From the NCBI GenBank assembly GCA_964016885.1, contig OZ024746.1, positions 65,286,001 through 65,350,000 on the forward strand: 64,000 nt of DNA. Direction: 5' to 3'. Under the pieces are notes generated by a model. The model did not search any database and was not told the DNA's origin. It saw nothing but the letters and a program-made list of their open reading frames with translations. The stretch comes from Eledone cirrhosa (taxonomy: Eukaryota). A program made the translations under genes and the position numbers. This document shows positions 13,769 through 26,300 of this stretch, one piece after another (positions within the stretch are counted from its first letter, which is position 1; every line of letters begins with the position of its first letter).

Positions 13769-15071
13769 CCACTATGACCACTCAACATTTATTTTCCATG
13801 CTTGTAATCAAAAGTATTTATCAATAAACAATCAAACCTATGGAGATCATTATGCAGAAGAATAACATTTTGACATTCATACCTTCCTTAAGTGGATTAA
13901 GCTGACTAAATGAAATAACTGAAATCATCAGTGGAATCTGTGTTGCTCATGTATTTTGCCTCAAGTCTATGATTTTTAGTGCTTCTCAATTATCTCATAT
14001 ACGAGTATGCAGTAATGGCTTTTTGGTTTTTGTTACAGGCAACATAGACAGTAGAATTAAATTTAATATTCAAGATAAAAAAAGTGAGAAATAATTATGT
14101 ATATATTTATATTCATTATAAATATATAAATAAAGCAACATATTTCTATTTGTGTACGTGTTGTTGTCTAAAATATTACTAGTGTTTCTCATAATAATAT
14201 GAGACATAAAAAAACATCGAAATTAACTTTATTTACATTTAATGTACATTCTATGTCAATTTTGCCTGCTGCAGTGGTCATATTTCGAATGCTAGTTCTG
14301 TTTAATTTAGAACATATTCTAAATAATTTAGAACATATTCTAAAAATATTATTTTTTTCTGAGAAAAATACCAAGATTTATTACTTTCCTTTCTGTCTCA
14401 GTCTTTCTTTCGAAGTTTACATTAATCTCTATTTTACATTATATCACGAATTCAACTCTCCTGTCTTGAAGTAAGTTTTGGAATTGCAAACAGATTTACT
14501 ATTCTCGTGATATAAACAGACACAGCTTGAACGAGCATTAATTCAATTTGAATGAAAGGTAAACAACATTCTTGTACCAGTGTCTCCAAAATATTCTAAA
14601 TAATATGCTTGTGGTAAAAAGGATGAGGAAATGAAACATCTGTCATTAGATTCTTATTTTCACGTTGGAATGTGAAATAAGATATATTCTTATAACTGAA
14701 AAATTTTCCTTCAGTTGGACTCAAAATGATGCAAAATTCAAGACACATATGTATCATGCAGGTGAGAGTATGTTGCAAATGAATGATGTATCACAGTATA
14801 AAACGATATTTATTTTCTAATAATTGAAGTTAGAAAGTTTTGCAAACATTCGATATTGTTATTTTCATCTATCAACTGTTAAACATTCCTAAGAGTGTTG
14901 ATAAGAGACAAAAATGCTCTTAAAATTTTTATAACTTTTTATCTTCCACCCGTTCATCTAGAAAACAGTGTACAGAAATAATTTTATGTGACCAAATTAC
15001 AAGAATTACATAAAAAATTTCTTCCTAGTATTACTTGGAATAACTATTAATATATTTTCTTCAATTTTCAG

Positions 15072-15131
15072 AAAGATCTTATCAGTTCCAGACGACAGTT
15101 TTGTATCATTGGAACTTGTTTAATATTTAAG
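15072..15131 (+). CDS. INTU: INTU exon C (60 nt): KDLISSRRQFCIIGTCLIFK
   Basis: ttttcag acceptor, AAG|gtaaa donor, phase 0-0; resembles INTU RRLYTILGSSLFYK. Confidence 0.88.
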
Positions 15132-15794
15132 GTAAAAACCTGTCTTTTTTTTCATGATTTAATTTTGATATAACAGTATAAATTGTAAGAAGCAGTTGAG
15201 ACAGTTTCACAAATAATTTGAAGTCTCATGTGTTTGATAATCTCTGCAACATTTTCATTTAAATATGCTTCAAACCAAACATTAGGATTTCAAAGTAATC
15301 AGACATAGCAAGAGATATTAAAGCAACCCTTGTAGTCTCTATTCTAAATCACTTTAAATAAATCACTCAAGCACCTAACATAATCTTTTAATTTAACCAT
15401 GTTTGTTATCAAGGAATATTAGTTTAAAAATATTATCTCAAACAGAAATCTAACAGATTTAAATTTAAAAACGAGGAAATACATATTTGTTGCATTTAGA
15501 TAATCAAGAATTATTGTTGACATTTATGCTGGAAAATGACATTTATTCTGACCTTTATATAGCTATTGTTGGTATGTTTTGTTTTGTACTGTAAATCAAT
15601 TTAAAAACTGACAGAAAAAAAGAGTACAAGAGAGAAACATTAACTGTTATAAATGGTTTCTAACAGACTTTTTAATTTAATTCATAGGTAATGCAATTCA
15701 TCAATGCCAAGGACATGGTAAATCTATGGAATTAATGGTAGTCATGTTATTCTTAATGGATTATCTTCTAGTGTTATCATTGCAATGGTTATTA

Positions 15795-16013
15795 GGGCAG
15801 TGGATTGGCTGTATTGGTAGAGGGTCGGACGCCATGCTTTGCAGCATAAAGTTACAGCCCTTTGTAGTCTGAGTTCAAATGCTGCTGAGGTTAACTTTGC
15901 TTTTCATCCTTACGGGGTCAATAAAATAAAGTACCAGTCATGCACTGAGGTCGATTTAATCGACTTTCTCCTCCCCCAAAGTTGCTGGCCATGTGCCTAT
16001 ATAAGAAACCATT
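15795..16013 (+). mobile_element. SINE family 1, full copy with 16-bp target-site duplication
   Basis: A/B boxes; core CTTTTCATCCTTACGGGGTC.ATAAAATAAAGTACCAG (resembles a Meta-SINE-type core as recalled); TSD ATTGCAATGGTTATTA at 15779-15794 and 16014-16029. Confidence 0.9.
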
Positions 16014-16487
16014 ATTGCAATGGTTATTAATGGTAGTATGAAATGTTTATTTTATAGCTAGGAATAGGCTTTTCAACAAACATTTACATATAGATATTCA
16101 GGGTAGGTGGACAGTAGTGGCATCAATTTCATTAGTCTTTGAAGTCACATAGAGGTCATTGTGACTATTTCTGTTTCCCTTTCACTTAAACACCTTTTGC
16201 CAATGTTACACATTAGTTTCGTTAGTGCCTATAGCAATACATTATTAAATTGCCTGTTGTTATCGATATTTTGAGAATTAATTCTTTTGGCCATACAGTG
16301 AAACAGATTGTTGACAAGAAGCAAACCTACAATCTCTCAGTTGGTTTTCAGATTCAGTATTCTAACCACTCGATCATTCATGCTGCTTTTGCTTGGGGGT
16401 TAATAACATTTAGACATTAAATAATATCATGTAATATTTAATGATTTGCTTGTAGTAACTGAAATGATTATTTTCTTGTTATTATAG

Positions 16488-16712
16488 GGACATATAATCT
16501 GCAGTCATTTGGAAAAATCTGACTTGCTTGATGTTTGGCTAATATGTCAATGCCTAGGATTGGCATCATTCAGTCAAGAACATAACTTCAGTGAATTAAT
16601 AGTTTGGCATGAAGTGTTCTTATCACGTCATCAAAAGTCCAATGAAATGTCACCTTCTACTCCAGGATATAATCAGAAACCAAAGAAATGTTTTATTTTC
16701 ATAGTTGGACAG
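16488..16712 (+). CDS. INTU: INTU exon D (225 nt): GHIICSHLEKSDLLDVW...LIVWHEVF...CFIFIVGQ
   Basis: attatag acceptor, CAG|gttagt donor, 75 open codons; strong resemblance to INTU GYLICSHLPKDDLIDI...LIIWREVF...YFLLVVG (longin-domain region). Confidence 0.92.
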
Positions 16713-17087
16713 GTTAGTATACAACATTTTACTTCTGTAATCATTGATTAAAAAACAAAACAAAACAAACAAACAAACAAAAAAAAAACAAAAAGAACAA
16801 ACAAACGGAAAAACAAAAGTAAATATTTCAGTTATTTTATACCTATTTGTATGGATACACTTTCTAATAAAAGAAAGCAGAAACAAGTTAATCACACGTT
16901 GATGCTTCCTGAATTTTATTCTTTATACCAAGTAAATATAGCAAGCTATAACAAGTTGTCCATTGGAAGAGACATGGTGAAGAATAACACCTCTTTACAA
17001 AGCACAAAATTGTAACATTTTATCAAACACCAACACACACAAACACACACTCATATATGTATCACTAGTCTACTAATATTATTTCTT

Positions 17088-17272
17088 GGGTTGGCAGTAT
17101 TGGTAGAGGGCCGGACGCCATGCTTTGCAGCATAGAGTTACGCCCCTTTATGATCTGAGTTCAAATCCCGCCAAGGTTAACTTTGTCTTTCATCCTTACA
17201 GGCTCGATAAAATAAAGTACCAGTTATATACTGGAATAATTGCTGGCCTTGTGTCAAAAGTAGAAAGAATTA
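17088..17272 (+). mobile_element. SINE family 1 copy directly upstream of the minisatellite
   Basis: ttggcagtattggtagaggg...gagttcaaatcccgcc...gataaaataaagtaccag. Confidence 0.88.
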
Positions 17273-17379
17273 TTTCATTATTTCTCTTTATCTTTCTCTG
17301 TCTGTTTGCCTGTCTGCCTGCCTAACTCCCTGTTTGTCTGTCTCTGTCTGTCTGTTTGTCTATCTGTCTGCCTGCCTGC

Positions 17380-20300
17380 CTTCCTGCCTATCTCTCTGTT
17401 TGTCTGTCTCTGTATGTCTGTCTGCCAGCATATCTCTCTGTTTGTCTGTCTCTGTCTGCCTGTCTGCCAGCATATCTCTCTCTTTGTCTGTCTCTGTATG
17501 TCTGTCTGCCAGCATATCTCTCTCTTTGTCTGTCTCTGTATGCCTGTCTGCCAGCATATCTCTCTGTTTGTCTGTCTCTGTAATTCTGTCTGCCAGCATA
17601 TCTCTCTGTTTGTCTGTCTCTGTCTGCCTGTCTGCCAGCATATCTCTCTGTTTGTCTGTCTCTGTCTGCCTGTCTGCCAGCATATCTCTCTGTTTGTCTG
17701 TCTCTGTCTGCCTGTCTGCCAGCATATCTCTCTATTTGTCTGTCTCTGTCTGCCTGTCTGCCAGCATATCTCTCTGTTTGTCTGTCTCTGTCTGCCTGTC
17801 TGCCAGCATATCTCTCTCTTTGTCTGTCTCTGTATGTCTGTCTGCCAGCATATCTCTCTCTTTGTCTGTCTCTGTATGCCTGTCTGCCAGCATATCTCTC
17901 TGTTTGTCTGTCTCTGTAATTCTGTCTGCCAGCATATCTCTCTGTTTGTCTGTCTCTGTCTGCCTGCCTTCCTGCCTATCTCTCTGTTTGTCTGTCTCTG
18001 TAATTCTGTCTGCCAGCATATCTCTCTGTTTGTCTGTCTGCCAGCATATCTCTCTCTTTGTCTGTCTCTGTATGCCTGTCTGCCAGCATATCTCTCTCTT
18101 TGTCTGTCTCTGTAATTCTGGCTGCCAGCATATCTCTCTGTTTGTCTGTCTCTGTCTGCCTGCCTTCCTGCCTATCTCTCTGTTTGTCTGTCTCTGTATG
18201 TCTGTCTGCCAGCATATCTCTCTGTTTGTCTGTCTCTGTCTGCCTGTCTGCCAGCATATCTCTCTGTTTGTCTGTCTCTGTCTGTCTGTCTGCCAGCATA
18301 TCTCTCTGTTTGTCTGTCTCTGTCTGCCTGTCTGCCAGCATATCTCTCTGTTTGTCTGTCTCTGTATGTCTGTCTGCCAGCATATCTCTCTGTTTGTCTG
18401 TCTCTGTCTGCCTGTCTGCCAGCATATCTCTCTCTTTGTCTGTCTCTGTCTGCCTGTCTGCCAGCATATCTCTCTGTTTGTCTGTCTCTGTATGTCTGTC
18501 TGCCAGCATATCTCTCTGTTTGTCTGTCTCTGTCTGCCTGTCTGCCAGCATATCTCTCTCTTTGTCTGTCTCTGTATGTCTGTCTGCCAGCATATCTCTC
18601 TCTTTGTCTGTCTCTGTATGTCTGTCTGCCAGCATATCTCTCTGTTTGTCTGTCTCTGTCTGCCTGTCTGCCAGCATATCTCTCTGTTTGTCTGTCTCTG
18701 TATGTCTGTCTGCCAGCATATCTCTCTGTTTGTCTGACTCTGTCTGCCTGTCTGCCAGCATATCTCTCTGTTTGTCTGTCTCTGTATGCCTGTCTGCCAG
18801 CATATCTCTCTCTTTGTCTGTCTCTGTATGCCTGTCTGCCAGCATATCTCTCTGTTTGTCTGTCTCTGTATGTCTGTCTGCCAGCATATCTCTCCGTTTG
18901 TCTGTCTTTATCTGCCTATCTGCCAGCATATCTCTCTGTTTGTCTGTCTCTGTCTGCCTGTCTGCCAGCATATCTCTCTGCTTGTCTGTCTCTGTCTGCC
19001 TGTCTGCCAGCATATCTCTCTGTTTGTCTGTCTCTGTCTGCCTGTCTGCCAGCATATCTCTCTGTTTGTCTGTCTCTGTCTGCCTGTCTGCCAGCATATC
19101 TCTCCGTTTGTCTGTCACTGTCTGCCTGTCTGCCAGCATATCTCTCTGTTTGTCTGTCTCTGTCTGCCTGTCTGCCAGCATATCTCTCTCTTTGTCTGTC
19201 TCTGTCTGCCTGTCTGCCAGCATATCTCTCTCTTTGTCTGTCTCTGTCTGCCTGTCTGCCAGCATATCTCTCTCTTTGTCTGTCTCTGTATGTCTGTCTG
19301 CCAGCATATCTCTCTGTTTGTCTGTCTCTGTCTGTCTGTCTGCCAGCTTTTCTCTCTGTTTGTCTGTCTCTGTATGTCTGTCTGGCAGCATATCTCTCTG
19401 TTTGTCTGTCTCTGTCTGCCTGTCTGCCAGCATATCTCTCTGCTTGTCTGTCTCTGTCTGCCTGTCTGCCAGCATATCTCTCTGTTTGTCTGTCTCTGTC
19501 TGCCGGTCTGCCAGCATATCTCTCTGTTTGTCTGTCTCTGTCTGCCTGTCTGCCAGCACATCTCTCTGTTTGTCTGTCTCTGTCTGACTGTCTGCCAGCA
19601 TATCTCTCTTTGTCTGTCTCTGTATGTCTGTCTGCCAGCATATCTCTCTGTTTGTCTGTCTCTGTCTGTCTGTCTGCCAGCATATCTCTCTCTTTGTCTG
19701 TCTCTGTCTGCCTGTCTGCCAGCATATCTCTCTGCTTGTCTGTCTCTGTCTGCCTGTCTGCCAGCATATCTCTCTGTTTGTCTGTCTCTGTCTGCCTGTC
19801 TGCCAGCATATCTCTCTGTTTGTCTGTCTCTGTCTGCCTGTCTGCCAGCATATCTCTCTGCTTGTCTGTCTCTGTCTGCCTGTCTGCCAGCATATCTCTC
19901 TGTTTGTCTGTCTCTGTCTGCCTGTCTGCCAGCATATCTCTCTGTTTGTCTGTCTCTGTCTGCCTGTCTGCCAGCATATCTCTCTGTTTGTCTGTCTCTG
20001 TATGTCTGTCTGCCAGCATATCTCTCTCTTTGTCTGTCTCTGTCTGCCTGTCTGCCAGCATATCTCTCTGTTTGTCTGTCTCTGTCTGCCTGTCTGCCAG
20101 CATATCTCTCTGTTTGTCTGTCTCTGTATGTCTGTCTGCCAGCATATCTCTCTCTTTGTCTGTCTCTGTATGTCTGTCTGCCAGCATATCTCTCTGTTTG
20201 TCTGTCTCTGTCTGCCTGTCTGCCAGCATATCTCTCTGTTTGTCTGTCTCTGTCTGCCTGTCTGCCAGCATATCTCTCTGTTTGTCTGTCTCTGTCTGCC

Positions 20301-23300
20301 TGTCTGCCAGCATATCTCTCTCTTTGTCTGTCTCTGTCTGCCTGTCTGCCAGCATATCTCTCTGTTTGTCTGTCTCTGTCTGCCTGTCTGCCAGCATATC
20401 TCTCTCTTTGTCTGTCTCTGTATGTCTGTCTGCCAGCATATCTCTCTGTTTGTCTGTCTCTGTATGCCTGTCTGCCAGCATATCTCTCTGTTTGTCTGTC
20501 TCTGTAATTCTGTCTGCCAGCATATCTCTCTGTTTGTCTGTCTCTGTCTGCCTGTCTGCCAGCATATCTCTCTGTTTGTCTGTCTCTGTCTGCCTGTCTG
20601 CCAGCATATCTCTCTGTTTGTCTGTCTCTGTCTGCCTGTCTGCCAGCATATCTCTCTGTTAGTCTGTCTCTGTCTGCCTGTCTGCCAGCATATCTCTCTC
20701 TTTGTCTGTCTCTGTCTGCCTGTCTGCCAGCATATCTCTCTGTTTGTCTGTCTCTGTCTGCCTGTCTGCCAGCATATCTCTCTGTTTGTCTGTCTTTGTC
20801 TGCCTATCTGCCAGCATATCTCTCTGTTTGTCTGTCTCTGTATGTCTGTCTGCCAGCATATCTCTCTGTTTGTCTGTCTTTGTCTGCCTATCTGCCAGCA
20901 TATCTCTCTGTTTGTCTGTCTCTGTCTGCCTGTCTGCCAGCATATCTCTCTGCTTGTCTGTCTCTGTCTGCCTGTCTGCCAGCATATCTCTCTGTTTGTC
21001 TGTCTCTGTCTGCCTGTCTGCCAGCATATCTCTCTGTTTGTCTGTCTCTGTCTGCCTGTCTGCCAGCATATCTCTCTGTTTGTCTGTCTCTGTCTGCCTG
21101 TCTGCCAGCATATCTCTCTGTTTGTCTGTCTCTGTCTGCCTGTCTGCCAGCATATCTCTCTTTGTCTGTCTCTGTCTGCCTGTCTGCCAGCATATCTCTC
21201 TGTTTGTCTGTCTCTGTCTGCCTGTCTGCCAGCATATCTCTCTCTTTGTCTGTCTCTGTATGTCTGTCTGCCAGCATATCTCTCTGTTTGTCTGTCTCTG
21301 TCTGTCTGTCTGCCAGCATATCTCTCTGTTTGTCTGTCTCTGTATGTCTGTCTGCCAGCATATCTCTCTGTTTGTCTGTCTCTGTCTGCCTGTCTGCCAG
21401 CATATCTCTCTGCTTGTCTGTCTCTGTCTGCCTGTCTGCCAGCATATCTCTCTGTTTGTCTGTCTCTGTCTGCCTGTCTGCCAGCATATCTCTCTGTTTG
21501 TCTGTCTCTGTCTGCCTGTCTGCCAGCATATCTCTCTGTTTGTCTGTCTCTGTCTGACTGTCTGCCAGCATATCTCTCTTTGTCTGTCTCTGTATGTCTG
21601 TCTGCCAGCATATCTCTCTGTTTGTCTGTCTCTGTCTGTCTGTCTGCCAGCATATCTCTCTGTTTGTCTGTCTCTGTATGTCTCTCTGCCAGCATATCTC
21701 TCTGTTTGTCTGTCTCTGTATGTCTGTCTGCCAGCATATCTCTCTGTTTGTCTGTCTCTGTCTGCCTGTCTGCCAGCATATCTCTCTGTTTGTCTGTCTC
21801 TGTCTGTCTGTCTGCCAGCATATCTCTCTCTTTGTCTGTCTCTGTCTGCCTGTCTGCCAGCATATCTCTCTATTTGTCTGTCTCTGTCTGTCTGCCAGCA
21901 TATCTCTCTCTTTGCCTGTCTCTGTCTGCCTGTCTGCCAGCATATCTCTCTCTTTGTCTGTCTCTGTCTGCCTGTCTGCCAGCATATCTCTCTGTTTGTC
22001 TGTCTCTGTCTGCCTGTCTGCCAGCATATCTCTCTGTTTGTCTGTCTCTGTATGTCTGTCTGCCAGCATATCTCTCTGTTTGTCTGTCTCTGTCTGCCTG
22101 TCTGCCAGCATATCTCTCTGTTTGTCTGTCTCTGTCTGCCTGTCTGCCAGCATATCTCTCTGTTTGTCTGTCTCTGTATGTCTGTCTGCCAGCATATCTC
22201 TCTCTTTGTCTGTCTCTCTCTGCCTGTCTGCCAGCATATCTCTCTGTTTGTCTGTCTCTGTCTGCCTGTCTGCCAGCATATCTCTCTGTTTGTCTGTCTC
22301 TGTATGTCTGTCTGCCAGCATATCTCTCTGTTTGTCTGTCTCTGTCTGCCTGTCTGCCAGCATATCTCTCTGTTTGTCTGTCTCTGTCTGCCTGTCTGCC
22401 AGCATATCTCTCTGTTTGTCTGTCTCTGTATGTCTGTCTGCCAGCATATCTCTCTCTTTGTCTGTCTCTCTCTGCCTGTCTGCCAGCATATCTCTCTGTT
22501 TGTCTGTCTCTGTCTGCCTGTCTGCCAGCATATCTATCTCTTTGTCTGTCTCTGTCTGCCTGTCTGCCAGCATATCTCTCTGTTTGTCTGTCTCTGTCTG
22601 TCTGTCTGCCAGCATATCTCTCTCTTTGTCTGTCTCTGTCTGCCTGTCTGCCAGCATATCTCTCTGTTTGTCTGTCTCTGTCTGCCTGTCTGCCAGCATA
22701 TCTCTCTGTTTGTCTGTCTCTGTCTGCCTGTCTGCCAGCATATCTCTCTCTTTGTCTGTCTCTGTCTGCCTGTCTGCCAGCATATCTCTCTGTTTGTCTG
22801 TCTCTGTCTGTCTGTCTGCCAGCATATCTCTCTCTTTGTCTGTCTCTGTATGTCTGTCTGCCAGCATATCTCTCTGTTTGTCTGTCTTTGTCTGCCTATC
22901 TGCCAGCATATCTCTCTGTTTGTCTGTCTCTGTATGTCTGTCTGCCAGCATATCTCTCTCTTTGTCTGTCTCTGTCTGCCTGTCTGCCAGCATATCTCTC
23001 GGTTTGTCTGTCTTTGTCTGCCTATCTGCCAGCATATCTCTCTGTTTGTCTGTCTCTGTCTGCCTGTCTGCCAGCATATCTCTCTGTTTGTCTGTCTCTG
23101 TCTGCCTGTCTGCCAGCATATCTCTCTGTTTGTCTGTCTCTGTCTGCCTGTCTGCCAGCATATCTCTCTGTTTGTCTGTCTCTGTCTGCCTGTCTGCCAG
23201 CATATCTCTCTGTTTGTCTGTCTCTGTCTGCCTGTCTGCCAGCATATCTCTCTGTTTGTCTGTCTCTGTCTGCCTGTCTGCCAGCATATCTCTCTGTTTG

Positions 23301-26300
23301 TCTGACTCTGTCAGCCTGTCTGCCAGCATATCTCTCTGTTTGTCTGTCTCTGTCTTCCTGTCTGCCAGCATATCTCTCTCTTTGTCTTTCTCTGTGTGCC
23401 TGTCTGCCAGCATATCTCTCTGTTTGTCTGACCCTGTCTGCCTGTCTGCCAGCATATCTCTCTGTTTGTCTGTCTCTGTCTGCCTGTCTGCCAGCATATC
23501 TCTCTGTTTGTCTGACTCTGTCTGCCTGTCTGCCAGCATATCTCTCTGTTTGTCTGTCTGCCAGCATATCTCTCTGTTTGTCTGTCTCTGTCTGCCTGTC
23601 TACCAGCATATCTCTCTGTTTGTCTGACTCTGTCTGCCTGTCTGCCAGCATATCTCTCTGTTTGTCTGTCTCTGTCTGCCTGTCTGCCAGCATATCTCTC
23701 TGTTTGTCTGTCTCTGTATGTCTGTCTGCCAGCATATCTCTCTGTTTGTCTGACTCTGTCTGCCTGTCTGCCAGCATATCTCTCTGTTTGTCTGTCTCTG
23801 TATGTCTGTCTGCCAGCATATCTCTCTGTTTGTCTGTCTCTGTCTGCCTGTCTGCCAGCATATCTCTCTGTTTGTCTGTCTCTGTCTGTCTGTCTGCCAG
23901 CACATCTCTCTCTTTGGCTGTCTCTGTATGCCTGTCTGCCAGCATATCTCTCTGTCTGTCTCTGTATGTCTGTGTGCCAGCATATCTCTCTGTTTGTCTG
24001 TCTTTGTCTGCCTATCTGCCAGCATATCTCTCTGTTTGTCTGTCTCTGTATGTCTGTCTGCCAGCATATCTCTCTGTTTGTCTGTCTTTGTCTGCCTATC
24101 TGCCAGCATATCTCTCTGTTTGTCTGTCTCTGTATGTCTGTCTGCCAACATATCTCTCTGTTTGTCTGTCTCTGTCTGCCTGTCTGCCAGCATATCTCTC
24201 TGTTTGTCTGTCTCTGTCTGCCTGTCTGCCAGCATATCTCTCTGTTTGTCTGTCTCTGTCTGCCTGTCTGCCAGCATATCTCTCTCTTTGTCTGTCTCTG
24301 TCTGCCAGCATATCTCTCTGTTTGTCTGTCTCTGTCTGCCTGTGTGCCAGCATATCTCTCTCTTTGTCTGTCTCTGTCTGCCAGCATATCTCTCTCTTTG
24401 TCTGTCTCTGTCTGCCAGCATATCTCTCTGTTTGTCTGTCTCTGTCTGCCTGTGTGCCAGCATATCTCTCTCTTTGTCTGTCTCTGTCTGCCAGCATATC
24501 TCTCTGTTTCTCTGTCTCTGTCTGCCAGCATATCTCTCTGTTTGTCTGTCTCTGTCTGCCTGTGTGCCAGCATATCTCTCTCTTTGTCTGTCTCTGTCTG
24601 CCAGCATATCTCTCTCTTTGTCTGTCTCTGTCTGCCAGCATATCTCTCTGTTTGTCTGTCTCTGTCTGCCAGCATATCTCTCTGTTTGTCTGTCTCTGTC
24701 TGCCAGCATATCTCTCTGTTTGTCTGTCTCTGTCTGCCTGTCTGCCATCATATCTCTCTCTTTGTCTGTCTCTGTCTGCCAGCATATCTCTCTCTTTGTC
24801 TGTCTCTGTCTGCCAGCATATCTCTCTGTTTGTCTGTCTCTGTATGTCTGTCTGCCAACATATATCTCTGTTAGTCTGTCTCTGTCTGCTTGTCTGCCAG
24901 CATATCTCTCTGTTTGTCTGTCTCTGTCTGCCAGCATATCTCTCTGTTTGTCTGTCTCTGTCTGCCTGTCTGCCAGCATATCTCTCTCTTTGTCTGTCTC
25001 TGTCTGCCAACATATATCTCTGTTAGTCTGTCTCTGTCTGCCTGTCTGCCAGCATATCTCTCTGTTTGTCTGTCTCTGTCTGCCTGTCTGCCAGCATATC
25101 TCTCTGTTTGTCTGTCTCTGACTGCCTGTCTGCCAGCATATCTCTCTGTTTGTCTGTCTCTGTCTGCCTGTCTGCCAGCATATCTCTCTGCTTGTCTGTC
25201 TCTGTCTGCCTGTCTGCCAGCATATCTCTCTGTTTGTCTGTCTCTGTCTGCCTGTCTGCCAGCATATCTCTCTGTTTGTCTGTCTCTGTCTGCCTGTCTG
25301 CCAGCATATCTCTCTGTTTGTCTGTCTCTGTCTGCCTGTCTGCCAGCATATCTCTCTGTTTGTCTGTCTCTGTCTGCCTGTCTGCCAGCATATCTCTCTT
25401 TGTCTGTCTCTGTCTGCCTGTCTGCCAGCATATCTCTCTGTTTGTCTGTCTCTGTCTGCCTGTCTGCCAGCATATCTCTCTCTTTGTCTGTCTCTGTATG
25501 TCTGTCTGCCAGCATATCTCTCTGTTTGTCTGTCTCTGTCTGTCTGCCAGCATATCTCTCTGTTTGTCTGTCTCTGTCTGCCTGTCTGCCAGCATATCTC
25601 TCTGTTTGTCTGTCTCTGTCTGCCTGTCTGCCAGCATATCTCTCTGTTTGTCTGTCTCTGTCTGACTGTCTGCCAGCATATCTCTCTTTGTCTGTCTCTG
25701 TATGTCTGTCTGCCAGCATATCTCTCTGTTTGTCTGTCTCTGTCTGTCTGTCTGCCAGCATATCTCTCTCTTTGTCTGTCTCTGTATGTCTCTCTGCCAG
25801 CATATCTCTCTGTTTGTCTGTCTCTGTATGTCTGTCTGCCAGCATATCTCTCTGTTTGTCTGTCTCTGTCTGCCTGTCTGCCAGCATATCTCTCTGTTTG
25901 TCTGTCTCTGTCTGTCTGTCTGCCAGCATATCTCTCTCTTTGTCTGTCTCTGTCTGCCTGTCTGCCAGCATATCTCTCTCTTTGCCTGTCTCTGTCTGCC
26001 TGTCTGCCAGCATATCTCTCTGTTTGTCTGTCTCTGTCTGCCTGTCTGCCAGCATATCTCTCTGTTTGTCTGTCTCTGTCTGCCTGTCTGCCAGCATATC
26101 TCTCTGTTTGTCTGTCTCTGTCTGCCTGTCTGCCAGCATATCTCTCTGTTTGTCTGTCTCTGTCTGCCTGTCTACCAGCATATCTCTCTGTTTGTCTGAC
26201 TCTGTCTGCCTGTCTGCCAGCATATCTCTCTGTTTGTCTATCTCTGTCTGCCTGTCTGCCAGCATATCTCTCTGTATGTCTGTCTTTGTCTGCCTGTCTG

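Noticed and set aside
14304-14345. Tandem near-palindrome TTTAGAACATATTCTAAA x2 as a heat-shock element
   Set aside because: GAA-TTC spacing is 4 nt rather than 2; more likely a local 21-bp duplication.
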